A model generated the notes under the pieces. The model saw only the letters and a program-made list of their open reading frames with translations. It was not told the origin of the DNA and did no database searches. A stretch of DNA of 64,000 nucleotides from Klebsormidium nitens (taxonomy: Eukaryota > Plantae > Klebsormidiophyceae). A program made the position numbers and the translations under genes. The stretch is from contig DF236981.1 in assembly GCA_000708835.1 (NCBI GenBank), forward strand, positions 265,006-329,005. The letters run 5' to 3'. Of the stretch, positions 33,001 to 46,500 are shown piece by piece. How positions within the stretch are numbered: the stretch's first letter is position 1; every line of letters starts with the position of its first letter.

Positions 33001-36000
33001 TGCTCCTCCAGCTGGTGCACGGGCTCAAGGTCAGGCACACAAACTCAAAGAGATCTAAACCGTAATCTCTCTAATCCTAAACTTCACAACCCTCTAAACC
33101 CTTAACTGCCTCACCTCCGCTTTGCTGACGAGGAAGCTCTGCCGATTCAGCTGCTCCTCCAGCTGGTGCACGCGCTCCAGGGTGGCGTCCAGCCGCTGCT
33201 GGGAGTGGTCCGCCGCCTCCTGCAGCCGCCCCTTGAACTCGGCCACCGCGTCCTGCTCCTGAAAAGTGCGTGGAAAAACGCTGACGTCAGCAGTGGACTA
33301 ACGAGAAACGACGGGCCGAAAACAATGTGATGACGTCAGCGTTAGCAACAATATCAACGGCCCAACACTGCTGTGAGTGGTCCGCCGCCTCCTGCAGCCG
33401 CCCCTTGAACTCGGCCACCGCGTCCTGCTTCTGAGGAGTGAGCCAAAAAGTGCTGACGTCAGTGCTGACATAAGCGGCAGATAAAGAAGAACCAACGGGC
33501 CGCCCCTGGAACTTGGCCTGTTCCTGAAGCCTGAGCGGAGAGATGCTGACGTCAACAGTGGACCAACACAAACTGACGGTGTGCGGAATGGTGCTGACGC
33601 AAGCAGTGCACCCAACGAAATTGGGCAGGCCGAGACTGTCGTTTGGAGAAGGGATTCAGTGCTAATATATAGTGCTAATATGCTAATATACTTGCAATAT
33701 AAGCCCTCAATGATTCGGGGTTAAGGGACGATGCTCAAGTCAGCGGGTGAAACAAGCTTAAACCCGAAGGGTTGATGCTGACAGGAGCACCAGATGCTGA
33801 ATTAGCGGTTTCCTCATTCATGCTGTTCGTGAATGCTCGTGAAGGACGAAACGATTGTGTTGAGTGCAAGTCTGCCCTCCAAAGAGATCCACCAATGTTG
33901 CGACAACCCATGGCAGAGGATTCTTTTGACGATCTAATGAAGGAAGGATGGATTGCACTATGCAGTCCATGGAGGGGTATCATATTGAATTGAGACGCAG
34001 CAGACCTTTGAAACGAGTGGTAACCTTAAAATCGATCGAAGCCTTCATTCCGTAGAGAACCCACCAAACCCAGTTCCGGATTCAGCCTCATTCCTTCGGC
34101 CTTCACCCACCCCTTCCAATCCAGAGTTCGAAGGATCGCAATATTCTCACCTTGTCCGCGCTCCCCGAGCCCTCAAGCAGCTGCATCTCCGCTTGGAGGC
34201 TCTTCAGCTTCTCTTCCGCTTCCGTCCTCTCCAGCTCCGCCTTCTCCAACCGGGTCTCGAGCTCCAACCGGGCGGAACGTGCCTCCTGCGTCTGGTCGGC
34301 CAACTGCCCGGTGAGACTCTCTCGAGCGGCTTCCAGGAGCTTGATCTGCGCCAGAAGTTCGGTCGGGGGCGTCCCCGGGGGCTTGGCGGGAGGATTTGCG
34401 AGCCGCGCATGCAGCTCTTGGTTCTCTTTCTGCAGGGAAGAGGGGCGGAGGATCGATCGAAAAAGTTTTGCACAGCGAGCGTGTCTATTGACACTTTTGC
34501 CAAGGGCGGTTCCTTGAGCGAAGATCGTGTCAAAACCTCTTACCTCGCACTTCGTTCTGCAAAACAAAGCGTTGTGCATCCATTGTCAGTTGCAGCGAAG
34601 CAGGAAAGACGGCTTTGGACGGACCCAGCCGTGCAATGAAGTTGATGGGCGAGAGGCAGGTATACGAATTTACAGTCAGGCCAAAAGGTGCCCATCAGGC
34701 GGTCCCTGCTAATACCAAGAAAACAGTACACGAAGGAGTAGTGCAACTCCAGGAGCCTTACCTCCAGTTCCTCAATCCTCTCCTCCGAGTTGTCCTCGTC
34801 CAACAGCTGCTTCAGCCGGTCGTACTGCCGCGTGACGTTATCCCGGCCCTCCCGCGCGCTCGCCAAGTCAGCCTCCAGCGTCGCCACCCGTTCCTGCAGC
34901 GCCGTAATTTGATCCTCGCCCACAGCCCTCGGCGTCTCCACCCGGGACTCCAACTGGTGAATCGTCTCGTGGGCGCTCTCGAGCTCGCCCTCGAGCGCGT
35001 GGACCGTCGCGCGCGCCGCCTCTAGTTCTTCCGCCAGGTCCCGGGGGCTCCCCCACTCGGACGGCGTCTCCTTTTCGGACGCCAACTCGGCCTGCAACAC
35101 GGCGACCTCCTCCTCCAGCCTCAGGATCGTCTCCGCCGCCTCCTCCATACGTTTACCGGCGGCGCCCAGCAAGAGTCCCCGCTCTAGTTCCGTAACGCGC
35201 GCCTCGTGCCGCCGCGCCTCCGCCTGCGCGCTCGTCAGATCGCCCGCAAGCCTCATGCTCTCCTCCGTCAGTTCGGACGCCTCCGCCTCCAACTCCGCGA
35301 CGCGCCGCCGGAGCGTCCGAGCATCGTCCGAACCTTCCTGTCCGGCGTCCGAAAGGCCCTTTCCAGCGACCAGGGTGGCCATTCCCCCCGCCAGAGCACT
35401 CCGTTCAGCGTCCACGAAAACCTTACGGGCGTCCGAACCGCCCTTTACGGCGTCCGAAGCGTCCGAGAAACTCGCCGCCTGGGCTGCAAAGGCCCTGTTT
35501 TCGGCCTCCAGAGCAGCAATCCTGGCGAGGAGTTCGGACGGCGTCGATTCGGACCGAAGCGAGAGGTCCGCTTCCACAGACTGTAGCTGCTTCTTGAGCG
35601 CCTGGACCTCGGCTTCCTTGGCGTCGGTTTGCTCCTCGTAGTCCTTCACCGCTTCCACCAGCATCTGATTGGACTCGGTCAGTTTGTCCAGCTGGGGAGA
35701 GGGAGGATGAGAGCGTCAGGACACAGTTTCCAGTTGACCAGAAGGGGAGGGAAATAAGTGTTCTCCAAGAAACTTTTGGTAGAAGGCAGCAAAGGGATAT
35801 CCAGACCGCTTCAAGAATTGCGGGGGAGAAGAGGCTAATGGATGGAGACACTGGTCGTTAGTACGGTTGCTAGCAAATCCCAGCTGTAGCACAGCTTCAG
35901 TACGTCGAGATCAAAAATGTGTCCGGCCAAGCGGGGAATCCAAAGGCGCATCATGGGATAGAGCAGCACGGAGAACTTTCCAGAAGCGACCAAAAAGTCA

Positions 36001-39000
36001 AGCCCGATGAAACGCCGTTCTGATCTGGACATTGAAGTGCTTGATCGACTCATTCACACCACGATGTTTACATCAACTTGCCATCAAAGAATGTGCACAG
36101 CGCAGACTCCTAGGAGGAATGGCTTGATTCTTTAGTAGCTTCCGCCTCACCCGCATTGTTAAGGTACACGGGCTGCCTTATTGCTCAATGTTAGAAGAGT
36201 TTTATCAGAGCACGGTGGCCGTTAATGTAACGAGCTCAGACTCAGAGAGTAAGAGCACTACAGACAAACGCCTTTCACCTGCACTTTGAGGTACTCGGTC
36301 TGCTCCTTCTGCTGCTCCATCTCCTCCTCGAGCTCCTCCACGTGGCGCCGCGCGTCGTCCACCTCCCACTGCGCCGTCGCCTGCCGGTCCTCCTGCTCCT
36401 GCGTGTGCGCCACCATCTCGCGCAGCTTCTCAAGCTCCGCCTGCAAAGACCGAGGGTATTCGCAGTTGAAGAAGCTCATTCACACTCTATTTGCTCCTGC
36501 GTGTGTGCCATCAGCTCGCGTAGCCTCCCCAGCTTCGCCTGCAGCAACGGGAAGCATTCACACTCTTGAGACAGAAAGTTGCGACCACAGACGGCTCCCA
36601 TTGCCTCCTACGCATCCAGAGCCTGTCACAAAAAACCTCTGCCAAAAAGTCCACAACCAAAACCTTTCACTATCTAAACTCAAAATTTCAGAAAGTATCA
36701 GAATGCTTAGGATTACGGGGGATCTAGGCCCAGAATCTCACCCGCGCCTCGTCCCGTTCGCGCGCGGCCTCGTCCGCCTCGGCGCCCGCCTCGTCCGTGT
36801 ACTGGATCTGCACCTTCATCTCCGTGCGCAGCTGCTCGTTCTCCGCCGCGTAGTTCTTGGCGCTGCGCTGCCAGCTCTCGCTCTGCGCGCGCAGCCCCTC
36901 GACCTCCACCTCCCTCCGCTCTAGTTCCGCCAGCAGCTCCGGCTCGCTCCGGAACGTCCGCAGCTTCGTCGCCGAAAAGCTGCGGAACTCGTCTGCGGCC
37001 ACCCCCCTCTGGGACGGCCCGAAGTCGCCCCCCCGCTGCGAAGACGCCTCTCCGGGCCCCCTCTGCGACGAGGCGTCACCGAACCCCCGCTGAGAGTACG
37101 AACCCTGGTCGCTTTTCAGGGACGAGCTCGAGGCCGAATGGTCTAAGCTCGGCCGCCCGGTGTAAGGAACCTCGCGCCGGTCAAGCCCCCTGCCGACGTA
37201 CCGTTCGGTGTTTACCTGGTAGCGTGCCTGGGGCTTGTCCCCTTGGGGGCCTGCGCCGGGGGATCCCCCGGACGAGGTCGGGCTCTCGAGCTCCTTCTCC
37301 CGGAACTGCGCCGCGAGCTCCTTGACTTTGCTGGCCCGCTGCTGTGATCCCGCGGTAGGGGGGGTGACTGAGAGGGGATCTGCCGCCCCCCCAAGGCTGC
37401 GGCGCCTGTTCGGGGGGGGTTCCTCGCGCTCGTTTTGGAGCACCCCGGTGAAGCTACCCCCGGAGCGGGATGGTCGGTCGCCGGACCCGGACCAGGACGG
37501 TCTATCAGGGTCGTTCTCCAGACCGTGTGCAAAACCCTCGTCCTCATCGTAGGATCTGCAAAATGGAAAAGGTTGTCAAAATTGAGTTCACTACTCTTGG
37601 TACTGATAAGCTTCACAAGTGTGCGAGCAAGCATGGAGTCCACGAAGAAGACCAATTATAGTGATGTTACAATCTCCGGCTGTCAGAAGGTAAAAGCCTG
37701 GACATATCTATCAAGTCCACAGATACAAAGAAAAGCCAGAGCAATTGCCGGGCACCAACTCTGGCAATGGCCGGACGTTGCTAGGACGAGTCCATCAAGG
37801 GGCACTTGAGACACTTTGCATATCTTTCGATGCACCAAGACTGCGGATGCTAGAGAGTGCACCAGAAAAGGACGAAAGAAGCAAGCACATTTCAAACCAC
37901 CAGTGGGCCAGCAAGTAGGAACGGGAGTGTTACAAGAAAGCAAATGCAAAAGGGATGGGCAACTCAGAAGGGACTCACCCCCTGGGAGGCCCTGTCTGAG
38001 CATAGGGGTTGGAGCTGGCGGGCCCCGAGCGCTCTGATGCATGCGGCACTCCCAGCGATCGGCCCACACTACGAATAACGTCCGGCTGATTGGCAATGAG
38101 GATTGGCGCCAGCGTCGGCTGCGAGTCAAGGGTTAAGATAACTGTGAGTTTCGTGGAATGCAGAAACTTAAACAACTGCAAGACTCGTCCAGCAGCGGAC
38201 GAGATTCTCCAATCAGGCGCCTGTTTTACCTCGCTTACCGGACCAATTTTCGAAAGGCAACCCACTCTTTCAAGATGTGCATCGAGCAAGTCGTCGACTT
38301 TCTGCCTGAGTACAACCTCACCTCAATTTCCTGGTTTCGGTCGACGCATGCACGCAGTTACCCCTGACGTCCATCCGAGATCAGTGCAGAGGGACAACTT
38401 ACGAACAAAATGCTACCCCTGCCAAAAATGAAATAAACCGCATCCTTTGTTTTCTGGTGAGGTGGACCGTAGACTCACCGCACTGTTGCGCAACTCCCCG
38501 TTCAATGCGTACGCGTCATAGCGAGCCATGCGTGGGTCCCTCCCGGTGGGCCTCGTGGGTTGCAGAACCGTTCTTGGCTGCACGGGAGCATCGGGCAACT
38601 CCCGTGACTCCTGCGAGAGCCGGCTGCCCCGCGCATCGTCTGAAACTCCCACCGGGACCTGGTACGTCGGGAAATGGGGCAGAGCTTCGTTGCGGGTTTT
38701 GCAGGCTTGAGTGACACTTCGGATGGATCCAAAGAGAGCATGGAAACTTCTACGCTGGCACGTTGGCTACAAGGAGGCTCCTTAAAATCAGATCGAATCT
38801 GGAGTGCTCGACCTCTTTTGCAGCTGGTCGAATAGGTAAAGCCTTTCTCCTCTGATTGGCGCTTTCTAGCAGTTCCTCCAAACGGGGTAAACATCGGATT
38901 GGTTCTATGGACCCTGCATTTTTGTTTGCAGAGACTACTATAATGCAGCAATTTTCCAGCTTTTACAGAAACAGGTCGCGCCTGGGCAAATTGCGGAACA

Positions 39001-42000
39001 ATGATGAAGATTCACCTTAACTCCGTAAGGAGGAACCATGCCTTCCCGCCCTCGACCGGACATCTCCACGCTGGCCTCCGACACGCTCTCGCTGTAGTCC
39101 ATGGACTGATCTTCCTCGCTAGCTCCATCGTCATCGACGCTGCTTGCGGAGTCGTTGGGGTCTCTGTTGCACAAAACAAGGCAAAGTTTGAGCTCCCTAG
39201 AGGTGGAAGGAGGACAGCGCACGATGGCTAAGATCTCCCAAGATCCAAGTCCACAGATACTCGCAGGTGGGAGAATCGCTGAGGGACAAGACAAGGTTTG
39301 TTTATTCGAATTTGGGCCTGCCTTTCGTATCACCCCACCTACTAAGCATGAAGAAAAGTAGAGTAAAAGCATGGGCAATATTGATTCTGCATTGTACCCT
39401 CTGTAATACGGCTGGCCCGTCATAAGATCTTACTCAACCTACTTTTCATAACCCATGTCACCGAATCTTCAGAATGAGCGGGGAGGCGCTAACAGCGCAA
39501 AACAATGGACAGAGAATGTGCGACTCTGTTTGGCCTCGTTTCTTCTTAATGCAAACTAGGGCTGGCTCAGATGGAAAATAGCAGAATGCATGATCATTCA
39601 CATCTACGTTAACAAGATGATGTAGCGCACTCGTACCTGGGACCCAAGTTGGCGCAAGTGATTGTAATCTGCGACCATAGAAGCGCACGGTCAAACAGCG
39701 GGAGTTACAAGGTTCAAAGTCACCACTCTGTAGACACTGCCGAAAACTACTTTGCGTCTCCGTGTCAGGGCAACAAAAATCACTTAGCTTATCCAAGTTG
39801 GCACGAAAGGTGGAGAAGTCCAGATTGCAAATCCAGGGGCGACGCTTAGTGCGGCATGTGGCACGCTTCACATTTAGAAGCGGGCTAACACACCTAGTAA
39901 AGACTCAAAGGGTTGTTCTCTTGGGCAAAGAATGGATTCCAGAGATGTGGCTTTGCTGGAGGCTATCTCCATTCAGGGCAACAGGCTACTGGTTGTTGCA
40001 TGAGATGTTGCAGGTAATCTCCCCTGCTATCTTAGAAAGAGAGAGAGCCTTCCGTCCTAATGACTCAGACCCCTATAGCTGCGCCGTTGACGCCCTTCCC
40101 AATACAGGCACCCAATTTGCACTGACATCTCTCTAGACATTTCCAAAACTGCCCAGATACACAGTGCTTGTTGGGGTGTTGGTTGGCAGAGCAAACAGCC
40201 ACCGTCAGCTTGACCGAGGCTACTGATGTCACCCTCGGCCTTTATCTTGAGCTCCACAACTTCTCCAAAAGCGAGACTCAATATGCCCATTATAAAATTG
40301 CAGAATCGCTGCGATCACTCACATGTAGAGCAGTCCCCCCAGCTACGGAGCCATTCATCAGCAGCAGCGACTTCTCCTTTTGCACATAGTCGATGCAGTC
40401 CGCCAGGTTGAGGCTCGCCTCTCCCAATACGCCGTTGCGACTGGAGCTCTGTTCACAGGATACGAAAGATCAGGTCAGAACACAGGATGGGCGGCACCAT
40501 CTATTAGCGTCTCCGCAGCACCGAGTCTGCTTGAGATTGGGGCGATCCCGGGTGCAATTCAACCAGTTGAATTTCTGACTCTGACTGCTTGCGAAGGGTG
40601 GTAGTACGAAAATGGAGGACACCCCCATGTGTTCTGCCAGAATCTACTGACTTCATTCTGGAGCTCAACCGCATTGCTTTTACCCTGAGTGCCTCCTGAC
40701 AATTTGACATGGATCTAACAGCATAGTCATCATTCTTCACCAGCTATGATACAATCTTCGCAGGGAAGGCCATGCCCCAGGATGATCCCTCTTCTGTGCA
40801 TCTCCTGGTGCCACAGTCTCTTCGGCATTCCGGAACAAGTGCCCAATGCTGCATCAGGTGTCTCGTCTCAGCATGAGATGAGAATGTCGCTTGCTTTTCC
40901 CTGGACTAGCTTGCGACGCTTGCGCCAGCTTTGATCATAGGTCTGAGGTCAACTAGCCCTACATCTGCCTTGCTTCTCAACCGACCACCTAAAAGTTGCA
41001 ACGTTGGCCTGATCAGCACTCGGGGATCATCCAGAGTTCCGCCCTCTGTAATGCGCATAGATGAGAGGAAATATTGAGATGTTTGAGGGGATCACAGGAC
41101 GCAATGATCAACCAGTGCCAACATTCTGCGATTGGAAACGCTGGCAATACTGTTCCACCTTGTAAAGTCCGTAATTGGCTCTTCATATGTCCAAGGTTTT
41201 CTGACTGTAAACCGTTGAGCGGAACGCGCACACGTCGAGCTTAAGATCAAGCTACAGGGTTTCAAAAAAACGTGCAAAACTGCCAGCGCAAGTACTCACG
41301 CTTGAGACCACGAAGCGGTACGGTGCGGCGTCGTACCACCCCCCCTTTCTGTCCCTGCTGAGTTTCACTCGAAGCCCCACAGTCTCCTGCCACGCCACAC
41401 TTCCATTCCGCACTGGCGCCTTCTGCGTCTTGGCGGCGGACTTGCCCTTCCCAGAGGCCACCACGCAAACCAGCAGCCTGTCATAGCCGCTGACGGGGAC
41501 CTGTTTGGAGAAGGACGCCGAGCAATGCTGAGAGGGAAACCTTTTGGACGGCTTGGCAATCTGCGTCTTGATGCTTGAATCTTTAGCCAGTGCGGCGATG
41601 AGCCCATTTGTTTGAGATCGCCAAAAGCAGCATCGTTAAGATGGACCTGGGGCGGAGCATTCGTCATTGAGAAGCTTGCTATCTTCAGATCGTGCTTTCA
41701 ATGACCAGAACACACAGAAAGGCTGGAATGTCGCTGATGCAATTGAGATCTGATTGCGTAAAGGCAGTCTGTTAGCGGACGTCACTGGCATTCACAACGA
41801 AGGTTAGCGTCAACAGCGCTTGGGGTCATTTGTTTGCTTCTGGGCAGGAACGGAGCTGACCAGTTTAGGCGCTCAGCTGATGCAAGGAGCTCTGCTTTGT
41901 ACTGATTATCTGTTTCTAAGCGGCGAATCCAGACAACAAGGCTTGAGCAGACAATATAAGAATCATAATAGGTTCTAAACCTGACTACCGAGATGTGCCC

Positions 42001-42258
42001 TACCCAGGCTGACTAAATTGCTAAGGAGCAATCTGCCGCTCTCAAAGATAAGTGAATGCCAGGGCATAGAAAGTAGCCGTAGCCAATTCCTATCAGCAGA
42101 ATAAGATTGCAGGGTTTGGTTTTCCTGCCTCAACATTATAGGGCATCCGCAACAACTTGTGCATTCAGAGCACTTACCCCTGATGCTTGGAACTGGAAGC
42201 GGAACTCAAATTTTTCAGGGGCCTTAGACCCCTGCTTCCTCTTGAAACGGCTGAACAT
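24094..42258 (-). CDS. Giant NT-C2 (EEIG1/EHBP1-type C2) domain protein with a long coiled coil (plant 'myosin heavy chain-related' family), about 2900-3000 aa
   Basis: NT-C2 exons: 42258-42178 (MFSRFKRK...FEFRFQFQASG), 41500-41300 (KTQKAPVRNGSVAWQE), 40448-40323 (GVLGEASLNLAD), 39668-39637. Later exons: 39163-39016, 38658-38479, ~37555-36742, ~36440-36280, ~35690-34760, ~34432-34150, 33258-33115, ~32476-31533, ~30985-30780, ~30415-27660, ~27120-25845, ~25330-25157, 24492-24094. The C-terminal motif LEMELQEAAEANMMYKEQL...LSLKCAEVEAHRE is typical of the family. One linking exon between 38479 and 37555 is unresolved. Confidence 0.85.
24895..25200 (-). repeat. Three-unit 127-nt tandem repeat of exon end plus donor in the NT-C2 gene
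   Basis: ccctcacctcctgcaggcgcagcacctcttcctcgagcacctct occurs with donors at 25157 (real), 25030 and 24903. Confidence 0.92.
32860..33530 (-). repeat. Exon 33258-33115 flanked by duplicated acceptor segments upstream and duplicated donor segments downstream
   Basis: Exon-start copies at 33430 (about 65 nt near-identical) and 33523. Exon-end copies at 32964 (near-identical, GTAAGG donor) and 32870. Confidence 0.88.
36390..36545 (-). repeat. Single duplicated acceptor plus exon start in the NT-C2 gene
   Basis: tgctcctgcgtgtgtgccatcagctcgcgtagc...gcctgcag at 36492-36543 mirrors the exon start ending at 36440, offset 98 nt. Confidence 0.8.
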
Positions 42259-43559
42259 TGTTCCTCCACCTCTTCTCTGTTCAGTTTCTCAAAAGCCTTC
42301 AAACCACCTAATGATCTGGGGCCTTCTGAAAGGTTGCAAACATGGGGCTCGTCTCCCCAGTAGTGCTTAGACGTAAACTTTGCAAGGACATTGTGACAAC
42401 CAAAACGCTCGAGAAAGGCCCCGTCCCCCAGACAACTTTCAACCTCTGATCCCTCTGTCTCCCAAACTGTGGGAAGTAAGTCGTGGATTTCAAGCTCTTC
42501 CTTTCACTTACACATCTAGCTTCAGATCAAAGTGTTTTGAGGAGAGCGGCACAGCTTGCCTGTGCGTCCTCAACCTCTGCAAAATGCAAGCAGTGACTTG
42601 AAACGTCCAAGGAGCAAGGTGAATGATGCATCACGATTTGCATGAACTGTGCAGGAGATGCCCTTCCGCAACAAGCGTTGCCAGGCAACAAATCTAGGGT
42701 TTGCATCATCATGTTTTCCAGCTTTCCAGGGTTCCGCCCTTACAAAACATGTCGGCGGCATGGTCGCCAATATTTTGACACCATTGTTCACCTCAAGTCG
42801 ATGTACCTAAAAGGTATCAGGCTGTGTCCAATTGAGCCCTCCATATTGCTTTTCCAATTGAGTTCGGTCAACTTTTTGGAGAGTTCCGGCGGATGTCATG
42901 CACCTACACTTTACCGAGATTACCGGCCTGATGTCAGAAATGACATCAACAATGGGGCCGATTCAGGGCGAACGTAAACGAAGGTACTCTATGCAGCAGG
43001 GAAGCTGAATATGGTGCTCCAAACGGAGTCTGAAAGGTTGCCAGTGATTGCCATGGTCGACCTTTCTTTAAAGTTTTGAAATCGAGGGATCTTTCCAGAT
43101 GCGTCGGTAAATGAGGTGAGCGCTCCACAGCTGCTTAGAGGTATTGTAGGTAGCATCAGCAGATTACAAGCTGGTTCGTTCTGCTGGTTATGCAGTCGCT
43201 TCCAGTGCTTGCTTGGTCATATCATGGAACGTTTTCCTGTGTAAGTGATGCATATGAGGGTCACTGAGGCTAGCTGGTCACTTTTATAACAAGCTGTTGC
43301 AATGATGCCCTCACTCTCTCGATTGCTGTCTCTTTTGAAGAAGCAGTTCGTCCAATTCCTTGTTAAGTGTACCATAAAGCTACAATAGCTTCATGAAGAA
43401 GGCTGACAAATGAAACTTCCATGCAGACGCTTTGACTTAAGAAACTCTGAAAGTCTGTTCGAATTACAATGCTGACACACGGCATCTTTTCGCAGGACAA
43501 TGGTGTTATCCTGACCGCACTGAAGATATATTATTTGGTCCTCTAGAATAAGATCTACA

Positions 43560-46500
43560 ATGCCGAGCCACATGTCAGCTTCTGCTATCTCAGATTTCAA
43601 AGCCACTCAGAAGATCCATCAGCGCACTGCGATCTCTCGCTGTTTAACCCGACCCGCTTGCATCACTCCACTACTACCACATCGAAGCTCGGTTTCCCGT
43701 CTGCCAAAGCAGTTGCGCAAGCTCCGAAGCTCCCTGCGATCCATCACGCCAAGTTTGTCTCTTATCAATCAAAGCAACGCCGTCGCTAGCGCTACAGAAG
43801 AGAAGAGGCCAATTGCAGCAAGAGCCCCTTTTTCAGACGGGGACCGAGATCTAGGCGTAGGAAAAAGTTTGCCAGGGGTCCTAAGGGCGAGCCCGCGGAA
43901 AAGCCGGCGAGCCAAGCAGGGGCGAATCCTCCTATTGCAGTCCGCGCTTTACTCGAAACAAGTGATTACGCGCACTTCGGGCCGGAACCTGGGCGTGGTG
44001 TGCCAGTTATGGGTGGACACTGTGAAGGTGAGGATTTCTGGTTGCATACTGGATGGATAACAGGCACTCTGGTAGAAATCTCCTAGTTTCCCCCTTGGCT
44101 ATAGCCCCTGATTGTAAGTCCAGGCAGGTTTAACTTGGCAACACGACCGTGGGGGCTTTATGTGAGGCTGTTTACCAAGGCTTGGTTGAAAGCCCTCGTT
44201 CTCCCTCCATCCGTCCAGACGGACGCCCCGTAGAGTCTGTTCATGCCAGCAGAGACCAGCACAGAGCTTCAGTTTGATCGGGGGCTGTTCTTCTTTTCTA
44301 TGCTTTGCTTCAGATAATCAAAGTTGCTCAGGTGGTCGACAAGAGCGGCTCGTTTTCTTGCTTCGTTTGGCGACCGTGATCTGCTCTACTTTGCTTCTCT
44401 CGGGAGTCATATTGGTAGCCTCCAGATGCATCTCGCAGCTTAGATGGAAAGCTCCCAGTTATAAAGCTGCAAGTTCAAAGGTTTGCAATATGTGTCGTAT
44501 TTGAAAGTAAAGCGGATGCTGATTGCCCCCATCTTTGTGCAGTGGGATGTTGTGGCCCTCAGTGTGAAGCCAAGCATCCTGTTTGGGGAGGAAGACACCA
44601 TCCTACTGAGCAGCCTGAGACAGGTAAGGGCCCGGACAGTGTCATTGATGAACCAAATGGTTTGCCCTGATGAATGCCTCAGCAAGCGTTCCCTGCTACA
44701 CAAACTGCGTGCTATCCAACGATAGTCGTGAGGAGTTCTTGGTTTTTCTTCATCCGTTATGTGCCATCCTGCAATCTCAATCGAAGTCGACTTCGAGAAC
44801 GAGTTAAAGCCCTCATGATTTCTTCCGGTCTTGACCCACTGTTCGATCTGACACATTCGCCTCCTCATTTTCCGTGTTGTTTCTTGTTCGCCTGTCTTCA
44901 TACTCGACAAGCCAGTCATTTCCAATTCCGCATTTGTTTGAAAAGCTAAAGCAACCAATCGCTTCCCTTCAGGTTGGCGACGTGTTGCTAGTTCATGACG
45001 AGACAGCCGTCGAAGAGAACGTCAGCTTGGAACAGCTGGGCTATTGCAACATCGTTGGAAGCGAAGTTGTTTCCGAGAATGGCGTCTATCTTGGGAAGGT
45101 GAGCCTTCAGTTGATTAGCTGTGTTTTTTCGGGCCACAGATTTTGCAAGAACTGTGGATATCCTCGAGCAAATTATTCGATAAATATGTCGTTTCACTCT
45201 GATAAGTCGGACAAACAATCAGCTCGTTAAAAAGTTGGGCCCAAAATGGTTGTACTCCACAGGCGGCGATTTAGTCAGTATCGTCACAAATTAAAAAATT
45301 GGTGCTTCTAAAATCATCGCCCTCGTCTACCTGTTTCTTAGTCTCAAAGCATTCAAGAGAAGACGGCTGCGGTCTATGCTTCGCTCTCCCTCTTTGTGAG
45401 CAACGTACCCTTAGCTCAAATCCTCGCACAATTTTGCTGCGTCGCACAGTATTTTCTTGCTACAAGTCATCGAGCTTTTCCGTTCCAATGTTGACAAACC
45501 GCTTGTTTGGAGATTGATTGGGATATTTTTTGCGAAGACTGACTCGATAGATTATGTCCTTGTTGGCAGATTCGGGACTTCAAGTTCGATCCAGAGGACG
45601 GCGCCATTGCGTCGCTCGTGTTTGACGGGTTGGGCCTTTCCATTGTCCCGAGCACAGTAGTGAGTCACTTCTACTCTTCCTTAACTTACCTTTCCTTAAC
45701 TGCTTGCATTAAACTGCCTTCGGGTGCCAAATGCTCGGAGCATGGTTCCTAATCGTAAGTCGTCAGAGTGATGACTTAAGCAAAATCCAAAGGTTCAAGA
45801 TCTTGAACCGTCAGATCGACCACTTAAAGAACAATGGACGGCTCAGGATCTTGAATCGTCAAATCGACGACTTCAGAGCGTCGGACGGCTCAGCATGAGG
45901 CATTATACTCAGAGGTTACGGTACCCGTTGGCAACTTCGATAGAAACAGCTGTGCCACAGAAAGCCTTAGGATTGACCTTGCCCCTTTGCGGACGCACAG
46001 TCTGCTTCTGTTTCTCGAGTTGCTTCTGCTTGGGCGTGGGAGGACTCTGTTGTATGTAACTCGGGGGTGTCGCTGCTTTCCAGAAGGTGTGAACCAACTT
46101 ATCTCTTATGCAGGTCAGTACATACGAGATGGGCATTGCGGAGGTCCTCAGCGCGGGGCCGGACCGGATCATCGTCCGCGACAGCACTGCTTCCCGCGTC
46201 AAACGGCTCTCTATGGTGAGAATGCGCGCACTTACACCCGGCCGCTACCTCCTTTGTCCGGTCATGACGTCTTTTTTAAATGTCGATATGCCACGTCTCG
46301 TGGAGAAAATTGTTTGCAAATGATGTCACAGGCGGCTTTCTTTTAGGAGGCCAGCTTCTCTTATGAATCATTGCGACTGCTAATTGCAACCACAATCCGA
46401 GCATATCCTCAGCAGAGCTGTTGATCTGCTTGTTTTCAATGAGCATTTCGCGGCCACACCTTGCAGAGCTTTTCTGGAAGCCCTTTGTGGCCACTCCCCC

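Noticed and set aside
33280-33600. Cluster of TGACGTCA (CRE/bZIP-like) palindromes
   Set aside because: They lie mid-gene within the duplicated acceptor units and coincide with CTGAC branch-point motifs; duplication explains the clustering.
25772-35641. Long plus-strand ORFs (25902-26651, 28010-29116, 29789-30310, 35255-35641 and others)
   Set aside because: They are antisense shadows of the Glu/Leu/Ala-rich coiled-coil exons, giving Ser-rich translations with no independent signals.
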